DNA of 37,851 bases from IMG/VR virus record IMGVR_UViG_3300006119_000026, positions 1 through 37,851 of that record; one strand, written 5' to 3'. Origin of the DNA: a virus. Its lineage: Duplodnaviria > Caudoviricetes. Of the stretch, positions 1 through 8,376 are shown piece after piece (position 1 is the stretch's first letter; each line of letters begins with the position of its first letter). Under the pieces are notes generated by a model. That model did no database searches. It saw nothing but the letters and a program-made list of their open reading frames with translations, and was not told the DNA's origin. A program made the translations under genes and the position numbers.

Positions 1-1752
1 ATTATCCGGTGCGGTGTAGCCGGAAGCGGCAAGTCGGGTGTTGACTTGCGTGTTGGAGGCCGGATCGCTCGGCAAGTTGTCGGTCTTGGCCTTAATTGCC
101 GTCACATTGGCATCGCTCGCCGTGTTGACGGTGAACGAGAACGCCGAGAGTGTCCTAGTCGTTGCAGACCAGATAGCCGTCACGAGACCATTGAGCGTGT
201 CGAGATACCCCGCACGGGTCGCGGTGTAGCCGAGTGCGGTCAGGCCAGTTGTGTCTCCTGCTGGCGCGGGGGATGCGGGAAGGTTGTCCGTTTTGGCCTT
301 AATCGCCGCGATGGGGGTCGCGTCGTTCGTGGAGACCGTGAACGAGAACGCGGAGAGCGTCCTAGTCGCCGCCGACCAGATGGCAGAGACAAGCCCGTTG
401 AGGGTGTCAAGGTATCCTGCACGGGTGGTCGTATATCCCTGCGCTGTGAGGGCTGATTGCACAGCGGCGGCGGTCAGGACTGCGGTTCCGGTCGTGTTGT
501 CCACGTTGACCCCAGAGGCGACCGATGAAGCGGCGGGGACGTAGCAAGTGCCTGTGAGGCCAGACCCGAAAGAAACGCCGTATCGGACATCCGAGGCGGC
601 GGGGTTGCCGAAATAGCTGAAATCGGAGGTGTAAAGGGTCAGGTAGGTCGATGAGCCATCCAATGCCTTGCGGTATTGCATCAAGCTCGGAGTTGTTCCG
701 ATTTTGTATTTGGAACAACATACGGCGGCGGTTCCGTTTACGTGATCATATTGGGAGCCTTGAAGGGTTATTGCATTTGATAAAGTGCTTGGTGCGTAAA
801 TTGCGTTTGAAAGTGATGAAGCATTAAAAGTTGTATTGGTTATTGAACACGTTCCATATGAGCTATTTTGAACGCCTGGCCCGTTATTTGATGAGGTTCC
901 TCCGCCCGTAATAGTGCATCCTGACATCGTAAGATTGCCAGATGCATTGTTGTTAACAATTGCCTGATAATTTGCGCTTCCCGATATGGTGCTTCCGGTA
1001 ATTGTAATAGAGCCACCTGCAATATTTACTATGGAAGAGTAACTTGCCGAAGAAATTGTGCAGGAAGAAAAGGAGGCCGATCCTGCCGCGTTATTATTAA
1101 AGCTATATGAATATCCCGTATTGCTAAAACTGCTGGTTGATATACTGATGTTTGCCGTTGAGTTGTTGTTAATGCCGATTGCATTTGTTCCCGTTCCACC
1201 AGAAAGATTGACCCCGCTCATGGTGAGCGTCCCAGCGGTGGCGTTGTTGTTTAACCCATAGGAATTCGATGCAATTCCTCCGATTATGTTCAGCGGAGTC
1301 CACGTCACGTTTGCCGATCCGGTGAGCGTCACGCACGTTGTCGTTCCGGCACGGATGTCTGCCGCGAGCGTGTAGGCCGTCGTGATCGAAAACCCTCCGC
1401 CCGCGACCGCTGATCCCGCCGCTGCTGTGGTCAGCGTGGCGAGAGCCGTTGCCGTTCCCGTTCCCGATCCTGCTCCCGTGGCCTGAAAGACAATCCCGAC
1501 CGTGTTGGCAGAGGCCCCGATTCCGGTGAAGCTCGTCGTGCCGACAGTCGTGATCTGATACCAGCATCCCGTGACGAATGATCCGGCGTTCACGCTGGGA
1601 TTATTCGCCCCGCCGATCGTGACGTTTTGGTCAATCGTCACCGTGTAGCCATTCGCCACGACCGTATCGCCATTTCCGGGCACGGAGGCTCCGCCGTTCC
1701 ACGTTCCGACGGCGGACCAGTTTCCCGAGGCAACAGCGTAGCGGAGGGCCAT
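1..1752 (-). CDS. Putative tail fibre/spike or beta-helix adhesin-like virion protein, 3'-truncated by the window edge (absent from the ORF track)
   Basis: Manual translation from the ATG at 1752 (MALRYAVASGNWSAVGTWNGGASVPGNGDTVVANGYTVTIDQ...) stays open to base 1 (584 codons). It has G/S/T/N-rich beta-helix-like repeats (INNNST, FNNNAAG, VNNNASG) and two ~57-aa repeats near the edge, and starts 2 nt after the upstream stop. Confidence 0.8.
   Translation of the reverse strand, partial: MALRYAVASGNWSAVGTWNGGASVPGNGDTVVANGYTVTIDQNVTIGGANNPSVNAGSFVTGCWYQITTVGTTSFTGIGASANTVGIVFQATGAGSGTGTATALATLTTAAAGSAVAGGGFSITTAYTLAADIRAGTTTCVTLTGSANVTWTPLNIIGGIASNSYGLNNNATAGTLTMSGVNLSGGTGTNAIGINNNSTANISISTSSFSNTGYSYSFNNNAAGSASFSSCTISSASYSSIVNIAGGSITITGSTISGSANYQAIVNNNASGNLTMSGCTITGGGTSSNNGPGVQNSSYGTCSITNTTFNASSLSNAIYAPSTLSNAITLQGSQYDHVNGTAAVCCSKYKIGTTPSLMQYRKALDGSSTYLTLYTSDFSYFGNPAASDVRYGVSFGSGLTGTCYVPAASSVASGVNVDNTTGTAVLTAAAVQSALTAQGYTTTRAGYLDTLNGLVSAIWSAATRTLSAFSFTVSTNDATPIAAIKAKTDNLPASPAPAGDTTGLTALGYTATRAGYLDTLNGLVTAIWSATTRTLSAFSFTVNTASDANVTAIKAKTDNLPSDPASNTQVNTRLAASGYTAPDN
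58..438 (-). repeat. Two diverged intragenic repeats of ~57 aa (about 265-438 and 58-231)
   Basis: GYTTTRAGYLDTLNGLVSAIWSAATRTLSAFSFTVSTNDATPIAAIKAKTDNLPASPA versus GYTATRAGYLDTLNGLVTAIWSATTRTLSAFSFTVNTSDANVTAIKAKTDNLPSDPA. Confidence 0.9.
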
Positions 1753-1754
1753 GA

Positions 1755-1964
1755 CTAGAATCCTTTGGCTTCGCGGTAGGCGGCGAGAGCCGAGTTGATG
1801 GCGGTGATGAAGGCCTCATCGGGTGAGCCTGCCTGCACCCCAGCGGAAGCGAGATTGATTGCCATCGGAACTGCCCCCTCGGTCTGCGGGATGACCGAGA
1901 GTGCGTAGCTGGAGGAGCCGTCAGGCTGGAGCGAGTAAGCGAGGGAGATTTGTTCAGGTGTCAT
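1755..1964 (-). CDS. Small hypothetical protein between two fibre genes (possible chaperone or connector)
   Basis: 69-aa ORF that overlaps the upstream fibre stop as ATGA and ends 2 nt before the next ATG. Confidence 0.75.
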   Translation of the reverse strand: MTPEQISLAYSLQPDGSSSYALSVIPQTEGAVPMAINLASAGVQAGSPDEAFITAINSALAAYREAKGF

Positions 1965-3766
1965 GTGAGGACTTTGCTGGTTAAGGTTGATCCGGAGTAA
2001 GAGAAGGTGATCGTGTTGAGCGTGGCCCCGCTCGGGTCTTTCAGAACCTTGGAAGTCAAAAGACCTCCGCTGTAGTTGTAGGCGATCGTGTTGGTGATCG
2101 TTCCCGAGGCCCCGCCGCTCTTAAGCGTGAAGAGGGTGAGGACGCCGCCGCTGAAAGTCGGGATCGAGGTGTCGAATGTGGAGACCGAAAAGCCTTGGAA
2201 AACTTGTTTGGCAATCCCCGTGATGGTGCTGGCGGGTTGAGTCCCCGTGTGGTTCGCCCTCTGGATCGCGTAGGCTTGTGCCGATGCCGCCGCTCCGGCT
2301 GAATCAAATGCCGTCGAGTTCTGCGTCGCCGCTGTGCCGAGGCCTGTAATCTGCGAGGCCGAAAGCGTTAGCGGGTCACTTCCTGCTGATGCGTGGGTTG
2401 AAGCGTGTGCGGAAGGAGTAAAGCTCGACGGCTTGCCCGTAATGATTCCCCACGAAACGCTAGTAAGGTAGTTCTGGGCCATTACCCATGATTGGGTCGC
2501 ATAGCCAGTTAGCGCGGTCGTGATGGCGGAGGAAACTTGTGCCGCTGTCTGGTAGATGCTCGAAAGGGCCGCAATCGCGGTGTCGGTGTAGCTTTTTGAG
2601 TTAGCCTGTGCTGATGTTGCCGCGCCCGCCGAGTCAAAGTCACTTGCGGCATGGGTGGATGCCGTGCCGAGTCCGAGGGCGGCAATAGCGGAGGAAATCG
2701 CCGACGAGACCCACGATTGCGTGGCATAGTTCTGTGCCGTCACCCATGCGGTCGTTGCGTAGCTGGCGAGCGTGGAGGCCAGCGCGGAGACGGCGCGAGC
2801 GGCGGTGAAGTAGAGGTTGACCGAGCCTTCCGTCACCGAGTCGGTCGATCCCGGCGAGGGGCTGATCTCGACGTAGGTGCTGCCCGACCAGCGGTAGATT
2901 TTGTTGGTGTCTTTGGTGACGTAGATCGTTCCGGTGGCCCCCGTCGCGGGAAGGGCGGAGAAGCTGGCAAACTCCTCCACCAGATCCATGTAGGAGGGGA
3001 GTTGGGCGGAGGGAATGCGCGAGTCGCTTCCAAGGGTGGCGACACCATTGGCGGCTCCCTTTTGGGTCAGGGGGATGGATGCGGAGGCGGCGGCTGCTGC
3101 GCTCCCAGCCGGATCAAATGCGGAAGGGTCTTGGAGTGCCGTATCAGCCTTGGCCCCCTGTGCTGCCGTGGCAAAGTCGCTTTCGGGATGAGTGCTGGCG
3201 GAACCGAGTCCCAGCGAGGAAATCGCGTTGGAAATCGCGGTGCTGACCCATGACTGCGTGGCGTAGGTAGTGAGGGCGGACGCAATCTGCGAGGCCACCT
3301 GTGAGGCGGTCTGATAGACGGAGGAGAGGGCGGCGATGGCCGTATCCAGCGCGGAAGGGCTAACAGGGGCAAAACCAAGGGCGGAAGAGATGTTGGCGGA
3401 TGTGACGGAGGCGTCGGAACCTTTAAGTGACGCAAGCCAGTCCTGGACGCTTCCGGTGAAACCATTCTGAACCGCAATCAGGTAAGCATTTTTCCCTCCC
3501 AGGGTATCCCGGTACTGCGTTCCGTCCCATCGGTAGAAGATCCCCGAATCGGTAGCAAGATAGAGAACAACGATACTCCCGGCTGTCGGGAAGTCGGACA
3601 GGCTAGGATACTGAAGTGTTACCGGGAAAAGGTAGCGCCGGATGAGATCTTCCGATTCGAGGATCAAATCGGAAGACTGTTGACCCAAGCGATCCGCTAG
3701 ATCGGATGATTGAGACACCGACCTTAATCCAGATTGTGCAATCCTGTTGTCGGATACGGAATTCAT
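1961..3766 (-). CDS. Tail fibre protein (601 aa; start revised from 4018 to 3766)
   Basis: A strong RBS (GAAGGAGGAG) precedes the ATG at 3766. It carries common phage-fibre modules (GKNAYLIAVQNGFTGSVQDWLASLKG; NGVATLGSDSRIPSAQLPSY...IYRWSGSTYVEIS; TDSVTEGSVNLYFT; HASTHASAGSDPL; RANHTGTQ) and repeated YATQSWV / LGLGxAST units. Confidence 0.8.
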   Translation of the reverse strand: MNSVSDNRIAQSGLRSVSQSSDLADRLGQQSSDLILESEDLIRRYLFPVTLQYPSLSDFPTAGSIVVLYLATDSGIFYRWDGTQYRDTLGGKNAYLIAVQNGFTGSVQDWLASLKGSDASVTSANISSALGFAPVSPSALDTAIAALSSVYQTASQVASQIASALTTYATQSWVSTAISNAISSLGLGSASTHPESDFATAAQGAKADTALQDPSAFDPAGSAAAAASASIPLTQKGAANGVATLGSDSRIPSAQLPSYMDLVEEFASFSALPATGATGTIYVTKDTNKIYRWSGSTYVEISPSPGSTDSVTEGSVNLYFTAARAVSALASTLASYATTAWVTAQNYATQSWVSSAISSAIAALGLGTASTHAASDFDSAGAATSAQANSKSYTDTAIAALSSIYQTAAQVSSAITTALTGYATQSWVMAQNYLTSVSWGIITGKPSSFTPSAHASTHASAGSDPLTLSASQITGLGTAATQNSTAFDSAGAAASAQAYAIQRANHTGTQPASTITGIAKQVFQGFSVSTFDTSIPTFSGGVLTLFTLKSGGASGTITNTIAYNYSGGLLTSKVLKDPSGATLNTITFSYSGSTLTSKVLT

Positions 3767-3821
3767 TGCTCCTCCTTCGTCGGGATTGTGGGCATCATTG
3801 GGTAAAAAGGACAGCAAAAAG

Positions 3822-3838
3822 CAGCGAATCGCTGTCAA
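3822..3838 (-). promoter_or_regulatory. Conserved motif copy (TTGACAGCGATTCGCTG) upstream of the fibre genes
   Basis: Overlaps the TGA of the upstream gene. It is followed by CTTTTT rather than a TA-initiated -10 hexamer. Confidence 0.75.
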
Positions 3839-4722
3839 TAACCCCAAGGGGTTCCGATGGATGCCCCCGTGACCGCCATATCTTGGGGAAGTTTCTTGAT
3901 CCGGTTGGCGATGATGTTCTGGCAATTCTGCCGGACATCCACCTTGCTCTTGGGATCTTTCCAGAGCGGGGAATAGGTCAAGGCCTCTTCGCACAAGGGG
4001 ATCAGCAGAGGGGCCCAAGCATCGGCGACTGGAAGGGATGCCCCCGAGATGAGATCGCTTGCCGAAATAGACGCGGCGGAAATTTCAGCCTCAAACCGGA
4101 CAATCGTATCAATAATGGGGGCCGGGTGGATGCGTAACAGAGCTACGGTGTTCCCTCCCGCGATGATGGCGGTGGGCTCGATGCGGTAGAATTCTCCGTC
4201 ATCCCTGGGCTGGATCCATGGACCCCATAGCCTCCTCCAGGGAAGCATGGACGTATGGCGCTTCAACACTCTCCCATTCGGGTAAGCATTGGAGTAGGCC
4301 CGCACGTCGCTGGTCAGCCTCTCAATGGTTACGGGAAGGGGCTGGGAATCGAAAAGCACCTGGGCGGTTCCGGTGAGGGTGGGGGAAATCCATTGATCCA
4401 ACAGGGAGGAAACCCCAACAATCTCGTTAGTGCTGGGCATTCCCTGGATATTGACGCCGCAACCATACCAGGAAGCATCAAACGGGGTTCCTACCAGGTC
4501 GGTCGAGTATTGCGACGTTGCCTGTAGTCCGAGCGTCACCGGCGCGCGAAATGTTGCCGAAAAGGTCGTTCTTTTCAGGTGAGCCGGCGCCTCTGTGAAG
4601 AAAAGGTGCAGCCCGCTATTGATGGCATTGAGGACATCAAAGAGAGCGTCTGATTCCAGATTGCTTGAATCCGGAACGTCTAGGTGACGCGCTATGGATC
4701 GGGAAAGTTGTGTTGTGTTCAT
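3835..4722 (-). CDS. Putative head-tail adaptor / tail-tubular-like structural protein (second paralogue)
   Basis: 295 aa with an ATGA overlap. An N-terminal helix pair (VLNAINSG), LRIHPAP and LPV..W.PLLI mirror the neighbouring adaptor-like gene; position between capsid and fibre genes fits. Confidence 0.55.
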   Translation of the reverse strand: MNTTQLSRSIARHLDVPDSSNLESDALFDVLNAINSGLHLFFTEAPAHLKRTTFSATFRAPVTLGLQATSQYSTDLVGTPFDASWYGCGVNIQGMPSTNEIVGVSSLLDQWISPTLTGTAQVLFDSQPLPVTIERLTSDVRAYSNAYPNGRVLKRHTSMLPWRRLWGPWIQPRDDGEFYRIEPTAIIAGGNTVALLRIHPAPIIDTIVRFEAEISAASISASDLISGASLPVADAWAPLLIPLCEEALTYSPLWKDPKSKVDVRQNCQNIIANRIKKLPQDMAVTGASIGTPWGY

Positions 4723-5459
4723 TGCTGCTGTTGGCGAGGTTGGGCTTCAGCCTTGAGTTCCGCATTCACTTTGTAAGCTCCTCCCGGGCGGGGGTCGGCC
4801 AATCCAAGAAGCGTCAGCGCTTTTAGGTAATCGCGCTCGATCATGTGGTATCCCTCCTGCTTCCTGGCGTAGAGGTCGCAAGAAGTGACATTCATCCGAA
4901 CAAGCGGTCGCAGGACCGTTTCATGGTATTTGTGAGGGACTGGCGGAACGGGGGATGTTCCGGTGAGATCTGAAGCAGAATAAGCCGGCGGATCATTGAT
5001 CACGTTCAGGGTTAGGGTGTCCGCGGAAGCCGGAGCTGGGACGACGTAGAAATTGATTTCTGTCGCATCGGGGCCCGCGTCGTTCCGGAGCGTTTCCACA
5101 AAGTAGGCAATCGGCGAAGCGTTCGGGATTGATCCCGAGATTCCGAGGAATGTTTGCCCGAACTTGTCGTAGTCGGTCCGGCTCTTGAGCGCAAACAGAG
5201 TCGTCCCGTCAGAGCGCCTCACCGGCTCCAGGATTTGTTGCACCGGCTCCGGCAGGGAATAGGAGGCAACGCCCGCGGACAGCGAAAGAGAGAGTGGCTC
5301 GCGGGCATAGAAATCCTCCCCTGCAAGCTGCATGAGCTGGAGGGCCTGGTTAATGTCGGAAAGGACGTGATCCCGCACCTCTTGGGGGACCACGGAGGCA
5401 TTGTACACGCCAAGAAGCGCCATGCCGTCATTGTAAAGGTCTAGGATGGTGAGGCTCAT
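4719..5459 (-). CDS. Putative head-tail adaptor (podovirus P22 gp4/SU10-adaptor-like)
   Basis: 246 aa with the pattern LSDINQAL...LSAGVASYSLP...PIAYFV...FYVVPAP...PVPHKYHETVL typical of podovirus adaptors, downstream of the capsid gene. Confidence 0.65.
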   Translation of the reverse strand: MSLTILDLYNDGMALLGVYNASVVPQEVRDHVLSDINQALQLMQLAGEDFYAREPLSLSLSAGVASYSLPEPVQQILEPVRRSDGTTLFALKSRTDYDKFGQTFLGISGSIPNASPIAYFVETLRNDAGPDATEINFYVVPAPASADTLTLNVINDPPAYSASDLTGTSPVPPVPHKYHETVLRPLVRMNVTSCDLYARKQEGYHMIERDYLKALTLLGLADPRPGGAYKVNAELKAEAQPRQQQQ

Positions 5460-5827
5460 GTGGATGAAGTTGTGGGGACCGTCTGGATGATCGGGACGCT
5501 GAATTGGATATTTCCGCCGGCATCTTCTATGACAACAGAGGATCCCGAGTGGGTGTTGGATCTCGTGGAGCTTGAATTGCCTGTTTCCTGGCGATTCTCT
5601 GCTCCGGATGAATTGCGCGTGTTGGAACTGGTCTCCGTCCCCGACCTGGTTTCCGTCCCGGATGAATTGCGACTGGAATTTGAATTCCTATTTTCGTTCC
5701 GGTTCTCGTTAGAACTGGAGTTCCTGTTGGAATTCTCGTTCCTGTTTTCGTTCCTGTTCTCGCTGGAGTTGGAATTGGTGCTGCTGTTTTCAGAGCCTCC
5801 GGTTTGATACCATGTATAGCGATTCAT
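5456..5827 (-). CDS. Ser/Asn/Arg/Glu-rich hypothetical protein ending in a beta-strand (GNIQFSVPII)
   Basis: 123 aa. Its stop overlaps the next start as ATGA and it begins 4 nt after the upstream stop, which supports a real operon gene. Confidence 0.75.
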   Translation of the reverse strand: MNRYTWYQTGGSENSSTNSNSSENRNENRNENSNRNSSSNENRNENRNSNSSRNSSGTETRSGTETSSNTRNSSGAENRQETGNSSSTRSNTHSGSSVVIEDAGGNIQFSVPIIQTVPTTSST

Positions 5828-5831
5828 GCGA

Positions 5832-6299
5832 TCAAGTGTTGGAGGTTAGCTGCGTGTAATTGATGGTCCTTCCGCCGACATTACTTCCGGTGGAGGTTGA
5901 GGAAGAGCTTGAGGTACTCGTCCCTGATGAAGACCCCGATTCTGAAGAGGATGAGGAGCCCGTTGACGAGCTGCTGCCCGATTCTGATCCGGATTCGGAC
6001 GAAGTATTGCTCCCCGAGCTGGTATTAGATCCCGAGCTTGATCCTGATTCCGAGTTGGTGCTGGATCCCGAGCTGGAGCTGGAATTTGAGGATGATTCCG
6101 TACCACTATCTGTCTCCGAGGTCGTGGTGGTCTGGATCATCGTCTCCCCGTCAATAATGCTCGTGTATTGGAAATCGACCTGTTTGGGCATCTGAAGGAT
6201 CACGCCCGCCTCCAGGGCAGCCAAGAGGCCTGCATTCACGTTGGCGATTTCCGCCGCGATGAATGCAGGAACTTGCGAGGATTTAAGGCGCGTGGGCAT
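5832..6299 (-). CDS. Ser/Gly/Thr-rich hypothetical protein with an N-terminal helix plus strand
   Basis: 155 aa, starting 1 nt after the upstream stop. A folded-looking N-terminus (AFIAAEIANVNAGLLAA...VDFQYTSII) is followed by an ~88-aa Ser-rich tract. Confidence 0.75.
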   Translation of the reverse strand: MPTRLKSSQVPAFIAAEIANVNAGLLAALEAGVILQMPKQVDFQYTSIIDGETMIQTTTTSETDSGTESSSNSSSSSGSSTNSESGSSSGSNTSSGSNTSSESGSESGSSSSTGSSSSSESGSSSGTSTSSSSSTSTGSNVGGRTINYTQLTSNT

Positions 6300-6300
6300 T

Positions 6301-6690
6301 TCAGATTGTGGTCAGGAGGGTTTTGGGCGGCCTGCCTCGCGGCCGTTTGACTTCAGCCTCCGCAGCGGCCACGGGGATTTCCTCTGATTGCTGGACTTCC
6401 TCCTGCGGGAGATCTGCGCTTTCGGCTTCAGTTTCCGAGGGGGAGGCGGGCTCCTCTGCGGGATCAGGGATCTCGACCTGGACAACACGGATGCGGCCAC
6501 CGATGCCGTAGAGCATCATTTGATCCAGGGCTTGTAGGGCCTCGTTGACGCTGCGGCCGAGTTCTTCGGCGTCGGTGATGATGCGGCCCTTCCAGACAAG
6601 GTACTGATGTTCCTGGTTGTAGAGAAATTCCCCCACCTTCGGGAGGGAGAACCTGGTCTTGTAGTTAAGGCAGACGAGATTTGCTTTCAT
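6301..6690 (-). CDS. Hypothetical protein with an acidic linker and C-terminal AT-hook-like motif
   Basis: 129 aa ending in KRPRGRPPK; first gene after the capsid gene. Confidence 0.75.
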   Translation of the reverse strand: MKANLVCLNYKTRFSLPKVGEFLYNQEHQYLVWKGRIITDAEELGRSVNEALQALDQMMLYGIGGRIRVVQVEIPDPAEEPASPSETEAESADLPQEEVQQSEEIPVAAAEAEVKRPRGRPPKTLLTTI

Positions 6691-6742
6691 TGGGAAAAAA
6701 GGGGCTAGGGGATCGGGAAATAGGGAATCTTGATTCTTGGGG

Positions 6743-6780
6743 AGAGAACACCGGTTGCCCCACCGAAGCAGGGCAACCGG
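6743..6780 (-). terminator. Stem-loop after the capsid gene (probable leaky terminator or stabiliser)
   Basis: CCGGTTGCCC-TGC-TTCG-GTG-GGGCAACCGG forms a 10-bp perfect stem extended to a C(UUCG)G loop, followed by a weak U-tract (TGTTCTCT). Confidence 0.7.
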
Positions 6781-6801
6781 GTCTTTCTCGTCCCCTAGAA
6801 A

Positions 6802-8298
6802 TCAGACGATGGTCGGGAGCGGGATCCCGGCGTACTGGATGGCATGACGCAGGCGCATCACGGCGGGAACGCGGCCGAGGCGATCCTTGCGGAGGGCCTG
6901 ACCGAACACGCTCATGATGTAGCGCTGCATGATGAACCCACCTTCGAGGTCCTGCTGGGCGCGCTGGTTGCGGTACTTGCCGTAACCGCGATACGCGGCG
7001 CGCTTGCCGAGCATCAGGGTGTCACCGAACACCTGCCCATTGGCGTTGCAAGGGAAGATGAGGGCGCCGACCGGATGGGTCTGCGTGGTGATGTTGGTCC
7101 ACACGCCCTGGCCCCAGGTGACATTACCGATGGTCGTCTTGGCGATACCGCTGGCGGTCGGGGCAAGCTGCCCTGTGACCGTGATGGTATTGCCGTTGTT
7201 GCCCGTGGTGTAGCTGTAGATGCCGATCTTGTTAGGATCGGTCGGAGCGTTGGGCGGGTTGACGATCAGGAAGTAATGGGTGTCGCTGTCCTGGGTGAGG
7301 TTGGTGGTTCCGCCGGCCGTGGGGTCGGTGTTGCCGATGAAGGAGTAGGCGAAATTCGGGAAGTACTTGAAGTACAGGATCGTCGAATCCGCTGCGGCCG
7401 CGGCATTGCCTCCACCATAGACAGCGAAGGGCGCGGTCTGCGGGGTGATGGCGACACCGAGGGTGGCCTTCGGGTTGAGGGGGCTGCCGATTGCACCCTG
7501 TCCATCGTGGTCGATGGGGGTGTATTCGGTGATGATGTGACCCTTGGGAGCTGCATAGCCGCCCTCGAAGAGGAGCTTTGCATACTTCTCGGCCTTGGTC
7601 TGGGCGAGGAGGCTCTTGTAGTTCGGGTCCATATCCAGGGAGTAGAGGGCATCGGAAGTACCGACGACCACGTTGCGGAACACGGGGGTTCCGTTCTCCA
7701 TGGCTCCGACCTGTGCCGGGAGGCCGCCCTTGGACTTCATCTGCGTTCCCATGGTGATGATCTCATCCCAGGAGAGGCTGTCGGCGGACTTGAGGGTGTC
7801 CAGCGTCTTGCCGTTGGCGTAGATGACGTTCTCGGAGGGAAGCTGCTCGCGGAACATCATGAAGAGCTGCTCGCTCTTGAGGCGTCCGGCCCATGCTCCC
7901 TGCTGGGTATTGAAGCCGGAGATGATCTCTCCGCGCATACCCATGAGTTCCTCCAGGCGCTCGTCGAACGAAACGCCGTGGCGGACCCAATCCACGAAGA
8001 GTTCGTGGGATCCGATACGGAATTGCTCGAAGTCGGTCTGGTTCTCGAAAACCTGATCGCCGATATGGGGCTCCTTGTAGAAGCCGCTGCCGACGGTGAA
8101 GGTGATCTTCTGTCCCTTTCCTTTGGAGAGATCGGTCTTCTCCCAGATTACGGAGTCAGGGCCTCCTTCCATCTCCGAGAAGAAGTCATTGGTCTGCTCG
8201 AAGGTGTCGATTCCCTGCTGCCACAGATGACGGACCGAATTGGCGTCCATCGACGCCAGGCTGGTTCCGCCCATTGCGGGTGCGATGTCATAGCTCAT
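6802..8298 (-). CDS. Major capsid protein (N4-gp56/DUF4043-like)
   Basis: 498 aa with the DLSKGKGQKITF motif of this capsid class, strongly biased codons, an AAGGA RBS, a scaffold-like gene upstream and a hairpin downstream. Confidence 0.8.
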   Translation of the reverse strand: MSYDIAPAMGGTSLASMDANSVRHLWQQGIDTFEQTNDFFSEMEGGPDSVIWEKTDLSKGKGQKITFTVGSGFYKEPHIGDQVFENQTDFEQFRIGSHELFVDWVRHGVSFDERLEELMGMRGEIISGFNTQQGAWAGRLKSEQLFMMFREQLPSENVIYANGKTLDTLKSADSLSWDEIITMGTQMKSKGGLPAQVGAMENGTPVFRNVVVGTSDALYSLDMDPNYKSLLAQTKAEKYAKLLFEGGYAAPKGHIITEYTPIDHDGQGAIGSPLNPKATLGVAITPQTAPFAVYGGGNAAAAADSTILYFKYFPNFAYSFIGNTDPTAGGTTNLTQDSDTHYFLIVNPPNAPTDPNKIGIYSYTTGNNGNTITVTGQLAPTASGIAKTTIGNVTWGQGVWTNITTQTHPVGALIFPCNANGQVFGDTLMLGKRAAYRGYGKYRNQRAQQDLEGGFIMQRYIMSVFGQALRKDRLGRVPAVMRLRHAIQYAGIPLPTIV

Positions 8299-8347
8299 AG
8301 TGTTGGTTCCTTGCTTGATTTCGGAACCGACACGTCCTCACCCCTGC

Positions 8348-8365
8348 CGGCCGCGTTTGCGGCCG
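8348..8365 (-). promoter_or_regulatory. GC-rich hairpin in the capsid leader
   Basis: CGGCCGC-AAAC-GCGGCCG, a 7-bp stem in the scaffold-capsid intergenic region. Confidence 0.45.
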
Positions 8366-8376
8366 AGACAATGCCT

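Noticed and set aside
58-438. Possible DGR template/variable repeat pair
   Set aside because: Both copies are in-frame coding repeats with largely synonymous, non-adenine-specific differences, and no reverse transcriptase is visible.
3767-4018. N-terminal extension of the fibre ORF in the track
   Set aside because: Overlaps the upstream gene and the motif; a strong RBS supports the ATG at 3766.
5460-6195. Plus-strand ORFs with alternating Glu/Leu/Phe patterns
   Set aside because: Complement of the Ser/Asn-rich codons; the minus-strand ORFs are the ones coupled into the operon.
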